Shown: piece by piece, positions 7,984 through 16,648 of the stretch | Position numbering within the stretch: position 1 is the first letter of the stretch | How the letters are laid out: the number at the start of each line of letters is the position of its first letter | Source: Prevotella sp. CAG:755 | GTDB taxonomy: Bacteria; Bacillota_I; Bacilli_A; RFN20; CAG-826 | Direction of reading: 5' to 3' | Assembly (NCBI GenBank): GCA_963630455.1 | Contig: CAVGNL010000139.1 | Location: 1 to 24,679, forward strand | Length of the DNA: 24,679 nucleotides | Program-made: the position numbers and the translations under genes | Notes under the pieces: model-generated | Told to the model about the DNA's origin: nothing | The model's database searches: none | What the model saw: only the letters and a program-made list of their open reading frames with translations

Positions 7984-8573
7984 ACAAAAAGGAACTCGTT
8001 GAGCAACTTGAAGGATTTTGCCCCTTTAATGAGGAAGAAGCCAAAGAAAAGGAAATTATTCTCCAAGCCATAAATAACGAAAGCCATATATTCGATCGGA
8101 AAAATCAAATTTGTCACTTAACGACATCATCTTGGATTGCGAACAAAGATCTAGATAAAGTCTTGCTTTGCTACCATAACATCTACAAATCATGGAGTTG
8201 GCTTGGAGGGCATAACGATGGAGAGATTGATTGTCTCAAAGTTGCTTTAAAGGAAGCCAAGGAAGAAAGTGGCATTTCTAATTTCAAGATTTTGAACGCT
8301 GGAAAAATATTTTCTCTAGAAATCTTGACCGTAAATTCTCACTATAAAAAGGGAATATATGTCCCATCGCATCTTCATTTGAACCTCACTTATCTTTTGG
8401 AAGCAGATGAGAAGAGTCTCTTAAAAATAAAAGAAGATGAAAACTCGGGTTTAAGATGGGTTAAGTTAGAGGATGTCTACACGTTTTCGAATGAAGAATG
8501 GATGATTGAACATGTCTATAAGAAATTGAACGAGAAGCTCCTTCTTTTGAAAAAGAATGGAAATGCTTCTTAA
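7980..8573 (+). CDS. Nudix hydrolase
   Basis: Nudix box variant GGHNDGEIDCLKVALKEAKEESGI, HLTTSSWI, HLHLNLTY; ATGA coupling. Confidence 0.9.
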   Translation: MNKKELVEQLEGFCPFNEEEAKEKEIILQAINNESHIFDRKNQICHLTTSSWIANKDLDKVLLCYHNIYKSWSWLGGHNDGEIDCLKVALKEAKEESGISNFKILNAGKIFSLEILTVNSHYKKGIYVPSHLHLNLTYLLEADEKSLLKIKEDENSGLRWVKLEDVYTFSNEEWMIEHVYKKLNEKLLLLKKNGNAS

Positions 8574-8646
8574 TTATTTCAGCCTCATTTCAATGATCTT
8601 TCGAATGATGTTTTGTTTGAAAACGCAAAGTATAAATTAACAAAAC

Positions 8647-8679
8647 AAAAACGAACCACCTTTTATGGCGATTCGTTTT
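8647..8679 (-). terminator. Intrinsic terminator for the GH38-HAD operon
   Basis: Minus strand AAAACGAATCGCC-ataaaa-GGTGGTTCGTTTT (13 bp with two G-U pairs) running into TGTTTTG, 25 bp after the HAD stop. Confidence 0.75.
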
Positions 8680-8704
8680 AGATTAGGCGTGATATGTGGG
8701 ATTT

Positions 8705-9688
8705 TTATTCACCATCGATAAATTTTAGAATTGAGTCAAAATCATCGGCATAATAGTCGCATAAAGCCTTTGTGCCGCTTGCTTCGATATTGCCGCCAGA
8801 AATGCCGATTGTAGGATATCCAGCAAGACGGATTGAACAAACACCAGCTCCGCTATCTTCGATGCCGACTACTGAATTTCGTTCCTCAAAAGGTATGTTA
8901 AGGCCAACGGTGCAAGTTTCGGCATATAGCCATGGATGAGGCTTTGGCGATAATTCGCCTAGCGTCCCAACGCTTCCTTTCTTTAAAGGATACCCAGCAG
9001 AGATAATCGCATCATAGAAATCTTTTGGGTCGCCCATATCAAGGGTTTTAAAGGCTGAGAGTATCTCAGGCCAAGCCTTTTGATATAATCCCGAAGTCAC
9101 TAAGCCGATTTTAATGTTCCTCTCTTTAAGGGCCAAAAGAAATTCTTTGATGCCTTTTGCAGGCGTGAAGGCACTTTCCTTTCCTCTCCCTTCCATTATC
9201 TCATTCATCTCGTGTTCAGTATGTTCGAAATAATAGGCTCTAGCATCTTCGAGTTTTTTATCTGGGCAATATTTGTTGATGCAATACTGAAGATGCTCTG
9301 AGACACTGTGACCAGAGACGTGGGGAAGGTCGCTTTCCTCAAGTTTGAAGGAGGGATCGTTAAGCAAAGAAGCGATGGATTTTTGAATGATCCAAATCCA
9401 GAATTCCTCGCTTTTGACGGAAGTTCCATCCAAATCCATGAGAACTGCTTTGATTGGGCGCTTGATAGCGACTTTATTCACTGGATAATAAGCGTTATAA
9501 CCGATGGAGGATTTAACAAAGGCCAAGGAATGATTTTCAAAAGAAATGAACTCTACTTTCCTATCGCCAGTAGAGACAATTGCTTTAACGCCACCCTTGC
9601 CGACGTTGAACTTTTTATCCGACGTGGATTTTAATTCGATTAAGCCGCTATCGGGGCCAAATGAGCCTAAATTAGTGATATCTATCAT
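8705..9688 (-). CDS. HAD-superfamily phosphatase/phosphomutase (beta-PGM/CbbY-like) with N-terminal extension
   Basis: Motif I DLDGT (D85/D87), motif II LVTSG, motif III PKPHP, motif IV GIEDSGAG; about 77 extra N-terminal residues. Confidence 0.88.
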   Translation of the reverse strand: MIDITNLGSFGPDSGLIELKSTSDKKFNVGKGGVKAIVSTGDRKVEFISFENHSLAFVKSSIGYNAYYPVNKVAIKRPIKAVLMDLDGTSVKSEEFWIWIIQKSIASLLNDPSFKLEESDLPHVSGHSVSEHLQYCINKYCPDKKLEDARAYYFEHTEHEMNEIMEGRGKESAFTPAKGIKEFLLALKERNIKIGLVTSGLYQKAWPEILSAFKTLDMGDPKDFYDAIISAGYPLKKGSVGTLGELSPKPHPWLYAETCTVGLNIPFEERNSVVGIEDSGAGVCSIRLAGYPTIGISGGNIEASGTKALCDYYADDFDSILKFIDGE

Positions 9689-9689
9689 C

Positions 9690-12536
9690 TTATTTCACCA
9701 GCAAGAAAGTCGCGATTTTATGTTTCTTAAGCTCATAGGAGATGCTATTGTCATTGAATGAGATGTCGCTTATTGGCGTCTCATCGAGTTTTGTCTCTTT
9801 GACGCCTTTCAAAGAGAAGACGGTCGAAATGTTAAGCTTTTTATTTTCATCGGAGTTATTCCAAATGCGGTAAATGATGTCTTTGCCGTTTTCTGCAAGC
9901 TTGAAAGCACCAGAGACAACCGCTCCATCTCCGCCTTCGATTTTGATAAAGGAAGCTTTGGCTGGCAGTTTCCCTTTCGTTGGGACTCCCATAATGGCTT
10001 TCATTGCTACTTTGTTGGCATAAGCCTCTTCAAAAACCTTGCCTTCATTCCATAAGCCAGTGTGTGGATAGAGAGCGTATTCGTAAGTAAGGCTACCTAT
10101 GCAGTGTTGACCGGTATATTTATGAGTCTCTGCGAGAGTCATTTTGGAATTTGCGGTCATATAGGCTCTTTGCGTGCGGATCAAGGTAATCTTCAAGGTG
10201 CGGTTCTCATCATCTTCGACTTCGTATTCTCTTAATCCTTTAGAGAGGAAGGCGTAGCCAAGTTTTCCATCACTTACATCGACGAAATTCTGCATTGGTT
10301 GGAAAGAATAGAAGCCTTCTTTGTTGTCTTTGTGATCGCGCCACCTGATTGTTCTTTTCGCAACGTCCCAAGCTGATTCGGCATAGCACCAGTCGGCTTT
10401 TTCGATGGCAGTTGGATAGTGGACTGTGAGTTTATGATCTCGGGAATTATTGATGATGGTAGTTTTGATTTTGAGAGCTTTTGCTCCTTTTTCCAATGTT
10501 AAATACGTTTCGATGGATAAAGGCTTCATCTCGGAAGTGCGCTCATGGCCATCCAAAGAGGCTTCCGCAGGAATGTTCATCGTGAAAGCGATGCGGTAGA
10601 TGCCCCTTAGCTCATTGTTGCCTTCTATCATCTCGATATCGGCGTTGGCGCCAAAAGAGGTATAGGTTTTATTGACTTTCGGTTCAGCGTGCTCATGAGC
10701 GCTCCCGATTTCACCGGCATCGGTGTAGTAACCTTGGTTTTTCATCCAACGTTTTGTGAGTTTATCGAACATATCGAAAGTGCCGTTTGGATTGATTACG
10801 ACTTTAAGATATTCGTTTTCTAAGACGCCATTGCTTCTACCAATCAGTTTGCGATTATCAATGATTTCTGGCTCGAAAGCAAGATTTGCTAAACGCATGC
10901 GGAGTGCATAAGTGGCATAGCCATTTGCGGGAACTTTGGCTTTCACGAGGATATGCCTTCTTATGGTCTCGAATTTGATTGCTTTTGTATCAGTTTTTTT
11001 CTCAATGGCGACTAATGCCGTCTCAGAGGATAATTCCTTGCTTTCGATGATATTGCCTTTTTCATCCACGATATCAAAGAAAGTAGCAGCTGGGACAGGC
11101 GCGCCCATACCGTTATCGATCATCTTGACGGCGTCTTTTGGAGTATCGATAACTAGTTCAATCACCTCTTCGCGTTCGAAAGGAAGAGTGTTAAAAACGA
11201 CGATTGGATAATCTTCTTTTTCAAAACCAGTAGCAGTATCGATTTGCTGATAAAGGCTTACGCAGGCTCTGTTTGTAACTTCCTCGGCAACGGTTTTCGT
11301 GACGGAAAAAGAATAATTCATGTCAGTATGGGCACGATCAACGGCCGCGCCGCAGATGCTATCGTGGGCATGGCATTTCAATAGGGTATGCCAGGCGTGC
11401 TCGATGTTGGTGGCTGGGTATTCCCCACCGAGAAGGTATGAGGCGCTTGTTAAAGGCTCAGCAAGGTTAATCAGGCCATTTTCGCACTCTTCATTCATGA
11501 GTTTGATGTTGATGCGCGAAGAATGAGTTGCACCCAATAAAGCGTTGAAATCATCTGGTGCGAAAGTGGTATTACGGAGTTCTCCTTCGTAGCTAGCGTA
11601 GTCGTATTTTCCACTCTTAGCGAGATTCATAATGGTTTCCATATAGTCATCCATCCGCTCTTGCTTGATTTCGTAATCTGGATAGATCTTGTTCATGTCA
11701 GCGATTAATTCAGGCAAGTAACGATATGGCTCATCATTATCTTCCATGTTAAGGGCAAGAATATTGTTGCCAATAGCATAAGGCTCAGCTTGATTCAAAA
11801 GATAATCCAAAGAACGCTTAAGGACTTTCTCATCGTGGATATAGTTCTCGTTTTCCTTAGTGGCGACAAAGGCTTTCTCGTACGAACCCATATCGACCAT
11901 ATGAACCGGGGCTTCATCTCGACTGTATTTATAAGAAAGATCCTTCAGGCCCTTTCCTAAGACCGCTGGTCCATGGACATAGAAGAACCAATTTGTCCTC
12001 GTGACCTCATCAAAAGTTCTTAAAGTGAAAATAGAGCTTCCATCAGGTGCCGACCATTTGAATAAAGGGGTCAAGAAATGTTTGTTTGTTCCGCGATAGA
12101 AGATGGCGTTCTCGATGCCAAATCCTTGATAGAGTTGCGGAAGTTGGCTTGGTTGACCGTAAGAGGTAGCGGTATAACCCGATTTCATCGCTCCGCCGAA
12201 TTCCTTGCCCATTCTTCTTCCGGTTAAGAGATTACGGATCATGCTTTCTGGGGCAACGGTATTAGTTTCTGGCAAAGTATACCAATTAACGATGATCATT
12301 TTGCCTTCTTTGATGAGCTTTTTCACGCGTTCTCTATTTTCTGGACGAACGGTGAAATAGTCCTCTAAGACGATGGTGCCGCCATCAACGCAAAAATATT
12401 CATAAGTTGGCTTATTCTCCAAAATGTCGATGATGTTATCCATTAAATCGGCCAAGCGAAGTTTGCTTTGTTCAGCAGTATGTCTCCATTCCCGATCCCA
12501 ATGGGTTCCACTAATAAGATGAATTGTTTTTTTCAT
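9690..12536 (-). CDS. GH38 alpha-mannosidase-fold protein (MngB/SpGH38-like), cytoplasmic, atypical active site
   Basis: THWDREW, DGGTIVLEDY, WYTLPE, ESMIRNLL, SSRINIK, HAHDSICG, GLREYE, TLIR; 948 aa; no signal peptide; GAGG SD. Confidence 0.92.
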   Translation of the reverse strand: MKKTIHLISGTHWDREWRHTAEQSKLRLADLMDNIIDILENKPTYEYFCVDGGTIVLEDYFTVRPENRERVKKLIKEGKMIIVNWYTLPETNTVAPESMIRNLLTGRRMGKEFGGAMKSGYTATSYGQPSQLPQLYQGFGIENAIFYRGTNKHFLTPLFKWSAPDGSSIFTLRTFDEVTRTNWFFYVHGPAVLGKGLKDLSYKYSRDEAPVHMVDMGSYEKAFVATKENENYIHDEKVLKRSLDYLLNQAEPYAIGNNILALNMEDNDEPYRYLPELIADMNKIYPDYEIKQERMDDYMETIMNLAKSGKYDYASYEGELRNTTFAPDDFNALLGATHSSRINIKLMNEECENGLINLAEPLTSASYLLGGEYPATNIEHAWHTLLKCHAHDSICGAAVDRAHTDMNYSFSVTKTVAEEVTNRACVSLYQQIDTATGFEKEDYPIVVFNTLPFEREEVIELVIDTPKDAVKMIDNGMGAPVPAATFFDIVDEKGNIIESKELSSETALVAIEKKTDTKAIKFETIRRHILVKAKVPANGYATYALRMRLANLAFEPEIIDNRKLIGRSNGVLENEYLKVVINPNGTFDMFDKLTKRWMKNQGYYTDAGEIGSAHEHAEPKVNKTYTSFGANADIEMIEGNNELRGIYRIAFTMNIPAEASLDGHERTSEMKPLSIETYLTLEKGAKALKIKTTIINNSRDHKLTVHYPTAIEKADWCYAESAWDVAKRTIRWRDHKDNKEGFYSFQPMQNFVDVSDGKLGYAFLSKGLREYEVEDDENRTLKITLIRTQRAYMTANSKMTLAETHKYTGQHCIGSLTYEYALYPHTGLWNEGKVFEEAYANKVAMKAIMGVPTKGKLPAKASFIKIEGGDGAVVSGAFKLAENGKDIIYRIWNNSDENKKLNISTVFSLKGVKETKLDETPISDISFNDNSISYELKKHKIATFLLVK

Positions 12537-12588
12537 TTAAGATACCTCAAAAATGTTTGCGAATACATTTTGGCATAAATCCGATAAT

Positions 12589-12602
12589 AAAAAAACGGTT
12601 TT
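12589..12602. promoter_or_regulatory. Candidate LacI-family operator 1 (AAAAAAACGGTTTT)
   Basis: AAnCGnTT pseudo-palindrome in the divergent promoter region; the identical 14-mer recurs at 15300-15313. Confidence 0.55.
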
Positions 12603-12642
12603 CTGATTTTTTTTGAAATTAGTTGTGTTACTATATGCCAAT

Positions 12643-14145
12643 ATGAAAAAACAAATATTTTGCGTAAGGCACATAACGCTCTCAGATGATGAACTTGCTC
12701 TTTTTACGTGTTTGCAGGGTTTAGCGAACAAAATTAAACCTGAATTGTTACTTGACGTTGACCATTATCTCGACTTCATTGACAAAAACGAATATGAAAT
12801 CTTAATGATTGATTTTAAGACCGCTCTCAATAAATATCTCCCTTCCTTGTCTTCTTATCTTCTTTATAATCTCGATCCATCTTCAACTGAAATCAACGCC
12901 GCTTTTTCGATAAGCGCTGCGACTGGAGCTCTAGCCATTCCTTCTTCTTTGGAATATCTCGTCAAAGGAAAATTGTCTCTTGTTGAGGATTTAACGAAAC
13001 TCGGTTTGGACAATTTAAACGTGCAACGTTATGCATTTGCTAAATACAAAGATAAATTGTCGAAAACCGGCTTAATCCATGAGCCTATTGGTAAAAATGA
13101 TGGGCATTTCCTTATCTCTTTGAGAGATTTTGCGATAACAAACAAATGGTTCGTTCTTTATGTCGATGAAAGCAAGGAACAAAGACGGTTCCTTGATGAA
13201 GTGCTATCCTACTTAGATAAAGGCATATGCATATATGGCTGGACGAGCGATGAAATCTCTTTTGTTAACCAAATTTCTAAATATGGTGATGCCATCATTC
13301 CTATGGATTGGAGTTCAAATCATTCTTTTTTTGGAACTTTCTCTCCGAAAAAAGTCGCAAGAAAAAAACATTATGAGGAGATAAAAGAGAATAGACATTA
13401 TCTGTCTTTTGTGGTGAGCGATGGAGATAACATTCAGTGGCTTGAAAGAAGCTATTGTTTTTCCTCTTTCTATATGGATTTAGCCTCAGTAAGACGCAAA
13501 TACCCTTTGACGATGTCAATTAGTCCAGCTCTCATCGACCTTAATCCGATGTGCCTTGAATATATTTACCATCATGTCGACAACGAGGATTTTATCTGCG
13601 GCGTTTCTGGTTATGGATATATGAATCCTTGTGTTTTCCCACGCGAATTTCTTCCTGCTTATGTTAAGAAAACGAGCGAATATCTCTCATTTATGGATAT
13701 CAATGTTGCGATGCTTTTGGACAATAAGAGGGACATGAGCAAAGAAAAGGTCGAGTTTGTCGTTTCTTCCTATGCCAAATGCCCAAATATCATTGGAGGG
13801 GTTTATGAGATTGATCCGAGCAAATATGAAGGCGGAAAAGGAAAGGTGTTTTGGGCGAATGATAAGCCATTTATCTCAGTAAAAGCCTCTCTTTGGAATC
13901 TTTTTGACAGAAAAGAAGAGGAAGAAACAAACAAAGAGAAACTCATCAACGATTTAGCTGGTTTCATAAATTCTTTGCCCATCGATCCTTTTGAGGAAAG
14001 CGGCTATAGCGTCATCAACGTCCATCCATGGTCTACTACTTGCAAAGACCTTGATAAATTAGTTAATCTATTAAGTGACAACGTGCAAATTCTCGGCATT
14101 GAACAATTGATTCTCTTGATGAGGAAAAACATAAAAAGAAAATAA
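12643..14145 (+). CDS. GxGYxYP-family putative glycoside hydrolase, cytoplasmic; start revised to ATG at 12643
   Basis: LQGLANK, LRDFA, IYGW..DE, DWSSNHS, VVSDGDNIQW, SGYGYMNP, VINVHPWS; no hydrophobic signal peptide. Confidence 0.85.
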   Translation: MKKQIFCVRHITLSDDELALFTCLQGLANKIKPELLLDVDHYLDFIDKNEYEILMIDFKTALNKYLPSLSSYLLYNLDPSSTEINAAFSISAATGALAIPSSLEYLVKGKLSLVEDLTKLGLDNLNVQRYAFAKYKDKLSKTGLIHEPIGKNDGHFLISLRDFAITNKWFVLYVDESKEQRRFLDEVLSYLDKGICIYGWTSDEISFVNQISKYGDAIIPMDWSSNHSFFGTFSPKKVARKKHYEEIKENRHYLSFVVSDGDNIQWLERSYCFSSFYMDLASVRRKYPLTMSISPALIDLNPMCLEYIYHHVDNEDFICGVSGYGYMNPCVFPREFLPAYVKKTSEYLSFMDINVAMLLDNKRDMSKEKVEFVVSSYAKCPNIIGGVYEIDPSKYEGGKGKVFWANDKPFISVKASLWNLFDRKEEEETNKEKLINDLAGFINSLPIDPFEESGYSVINVHPWSTTCKDLDKLVNLLSDNVQILGIEQLILLMRKNIKRK

Positions 14146-14161
14146 ATAAGGGGGAATTGCG

Positions 14162-15160
14162 ATGATTTCAATCAATGATATAGCGGAAAAAAGCGGAGTG
14201 GCAAAATCCACGGTCAGCAACGTTCTTTCAGGCAAGCGCTACGTCTCTGAGCCTATCAGAGAAAAAGTGCTTAAAGTTTGTAAGGAATACAACTATTCGC
14301 CAAATTTTTACGCATCCCTCTTAAGCAATGCCGACAACGTTAGGACGAATATCATTGGCGTTTTCCTCGAAACTTCAACGAAAAGATACCACAATTTCTA
14401 TAATGACGTGATAAGAACAACGCTTACTTATTGGAGCGATTATAACGTTAACGTCCTTCTTTATTTTGGACCGAAAGAAAAGGAAGTTTCCGATAAATTA
14501 AGGAAGGGGCAATCTCCAATCGATGGAGCGATACTCGTGGGGCCAACCCTCATGGATACGCGTATATCAGAAATGGAATTGAACTCAATTCCTTTTGTTG
14601 TCATCGGTTCGACAGATTCTGAAAAAATAACCTGTGTTGATACCAATAACGAGACATTATGCGAATATATTGCCAAAAAGATGATTGAAGTTGGGAAAGA
14701 CAAGATATGTCTTATCAATTCGAATCAGTCACTCACCATTTCCAAAGACAGGGAGAAGGGGTTCATGAAAGCAATCGAAGAAAAGAAACCTTCGATGCAT
14801 TCTTCCTTCTATACTGAGAATTCTTCTGTTGAAGAGGGCTTCTATCACGCTTCTCTTTCGCTTGAAAAAGGCTATAACGCCTTCATCGTCGGCTCAGCCA
14901 TTATCGCAAAGGGCGTCTATCAGGCAATTAGGAGCAAGAACCTTATTGTTGGGAAGGATGTAGTGGTCTTTGCTCTTGGATCACCTAAAAAAGATCTTGA
15001 AGCGTTTGACATACCTCTTTCTTATGCCGAACAAGATTATGGTCAACTCGCTCTTGAAGCCTCTATCCAGCTACGTGAGATTATGAATGAAGGCAAACCA
15101 CATAATGTCTTGATAAAAAGCAAGATTCATGTCAATGATTCATTCGTGTTTGAGGAATAA
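14162..15160 (+). CDS. LacI-family transcriptional regulator
   Basis: HTH ISINDIAEKSGVAKSTVSNVLS, hinge YSPNFYA, IDGAIL, IPFVVIG, VDTNN. Confidence 0.93.
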   Translation: MISINDIAEKSGVAKSTVSNVLSGKRYVSEPIREKVLKVCKEYNYSPNFYASLLSNADNVRTNIIGVFLETSTKRYHNFYNDVIRTTLTYWSDYNVNVLLYFGPKEKEVSDKLRKGQSPIDGAILVGPTLMDTRISEMELNSIPFVVIGSTDSEKITCVDTNNETLCEYIAKKMIEVGKDKICLINSNQSLTISKDREKGFMKAIEEKKPSMHSSFYTENSSVEEGFYHASLSLEKGYNAFIVGSAIIAKGVYQAIRSKNLIVGKDVVVFALGSPKKDLEAFDIPLSYAEQDYGQLALEASIQLREIMNEGKPHNVLIKSKIHVNDSFVFEE

Positions 15161-15178
15161 AAGATTTATTTCGTTAGC

Positions 15179-15210
15179 AAGCCCGGGTAATTCCGAGCTT
15201 TTCTTTTTTT
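15179..15210 (+). terminator. Probable intrinsic terminator after the LacI gene
   Basis: AAGC-c-CGG-gtaatt-CCG-a-GCTT followed by TTCTTTTTTT. Confidence 0.6.
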
Positions 15211-15299
15211 GAATAGAAGAATAAAAGATAAAGCAGTAAAAAAACGTTTCTTTTGTTTTTCAAAAATAGGGCAAATAGTCCTTTTTAGTAAGCCCTTTC

Positions 15300-15316
15300 A
15301 AAAAAACGGTTTTTTT
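15300..15316. promoter_or_regulatory. Candidate LacI-family operator 2 (A7-CGG-T7)
   Basis: Pseudo-palindrome ending 2 bp upstream of a -35 box; matches the site at 12589. Confidence 0.55.
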
Positions 15317-15318
15317 AA

Positions 15319-15347
15319 TTGCGTTTTACCCTTTAAGGAAATAAACT
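15319..15347 (+). promoter_or_regulatory. Putative sigma-A promoter of the sugar ABC operon
   Basis: TTGCGT (15319-15324), 17 bp spacer, TAAACT (15342-15347). Confidence 0.55.
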
Positions 15348-15385
15348 ATAGAAGATAAATAGCCTAAAAGCGCACGGGAGTTTTT

Positions 15386-16645
15386 ATGAAAAAAAGATTC
15401 AAATTACCAATCCTACCAATTTTGTTATCAACTTGCCTAATCGCTTGCGCTCCGAAAGAAAAGACAAGCGGAGGAGATGAGAATAAAACCATCACCGTTT
15501 GGTGGCCGTCGACAAATAGCTACATGAAGGTTATTCAAAACGCCAAAGAAAAATTCGAAGCCGATAATCCTAATTGTACGATTAAGATCGTTAAGAAATC
15601 CGGCCTCGACCTTTATCAAGCATATCAAGTTGCCTTAAACGATGATAAATCACGCCCCGATATCGCGATCATCGATCATGTTTACGTTCAATCTTTGGCT
15701 AACGAAGGCCAACTAGCCGACTTATCCGCTCTAGGAGCAGATACTGAGGTAAAAGAACTTGTTCCAGAAAATATATATAATGCCAACGCGTATTTAGGAA
15801 AGGCTTACGCTCTTCCGATGTCAGCAAATACGGTTGCTTTGATGTATAACATGACGATGCTAAAGAAATCCGGCATCAATAACGCTCCAACTACTTATAG
15901 CGAGTTTCTTTCGGATTTGGAAACCATCAAAAACGGATGCACTGAGGCTGAAGTAGCATTTGCTCAACCAATTAATTCAACCTTCTCGGCAATGGAATTC
16001 GTGAGTTATGTTTCACGCTTAGGAGGAAGCTTAGTTTCTGAAGATTGCAAAACAGTCAAGATTGATTCAACAGAGGTCAAAAATGCCATCGCCGAATGGG
16101 TGAAGCTTTCGAAATTTGCCTCTCAGAACGAATATGAGGAGGGCAAGTTCTATAATGGCAAATGCGCCTTCATCGAAATGGGTTCTTGGAATCTTAGCAA
16201 AATCAATTACAACGCCGTTGAGCTCGGCATCAAGGAAATGCTGCCGCTCATGGACGGGGGAACTGGCTATTCTGGATTAGGTTTATATTCCCTAGCCATC
16301 GCCAAAAAATCCTCATGTGTCAACGAGGCCTATAAATTTGCCAAATACCTTTCCACAGATAAAGAGAGCCAGATTGCCTTTGCTAAAGCAGGTAGCCTCT
16401 TCCCTGTCACGAAAGAAGCTCTTGGCGATACTTATTACACCTCTGATCAATATCTTTCCGTTTATGCTTCGCAACTCGAGCACGTCACTCCTAGGCCAGC
16501 CACTCCGATTTGGCCTTTTATGGAGAAAAAACTCGTGACCTTACTTTATAGATGCGTTACCGCCACAAGCGAAGATACAATCGCTCAAGCTATCGCCACT
16601 TGCCAAAGCGAATGCCAAAGCGAAACAGACCGCAAATTGGGCTAA
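15386..16645 (+). CDS. Sugar ABC transporter substrate-binding lipoprotein (family 1)
   Basis: Lipobox LIAC; TITVWW, PDIAIID, LADLS, GKAYALP, LMYN, FYNGKCAF..GSW, EAYKFAKYL. Confidence 0.92.
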   Translation: MKKRFKLPILPILLSTCLIACAPKEKTSGGDENKTITVWWPSTNSYMKVIQNAKEKFEADNPNCTIKIVKKSGLDLYQAYQVALNDDKSRPDIAIIDHVYVQSLANEGQLADLSALGADTEVKELVPENIYNANAYLGKAYALPMSANTVALMYNMTMLKKSGINNAPTTYSEFLSDLETIKNGCTEAEVAFAQPINSTFSAMEFVSYVSRLGGSLVSEDCKTVKIDSTEVKNAIAEWVKLSKFASQNEYEEGKFYNGKCAFIEMGSWNLSKINYNAVELGIKEMLPLMDGGTGYSGLGLYSLAIAKKSSCVNEAYKFAKYLSTDKESQIAFAKAGSLFPVTKEALGDTYYTSDQYLSVYASQLEHVTPRPATPIWPFMEKKLVTLLYRCVTATSEDTIAQAIATCQSECQSETDRKLG

Positions 16646-16648
16646 AAA

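Noticed and set aside
12486..12503. CGG-to-Trp or Gln reassignment
   Set aside because: The conserved Arg in GH38 HWDREW is encoded by CGG.
9690..12536. Calling the GH38 mngB or a pseudogene
   Set aside because: The nucleophile motif differs and no PTS partner is present, so mngB is unsupported. The ORF is full length with an SD and an operon partner, so it is not a pseudogene.
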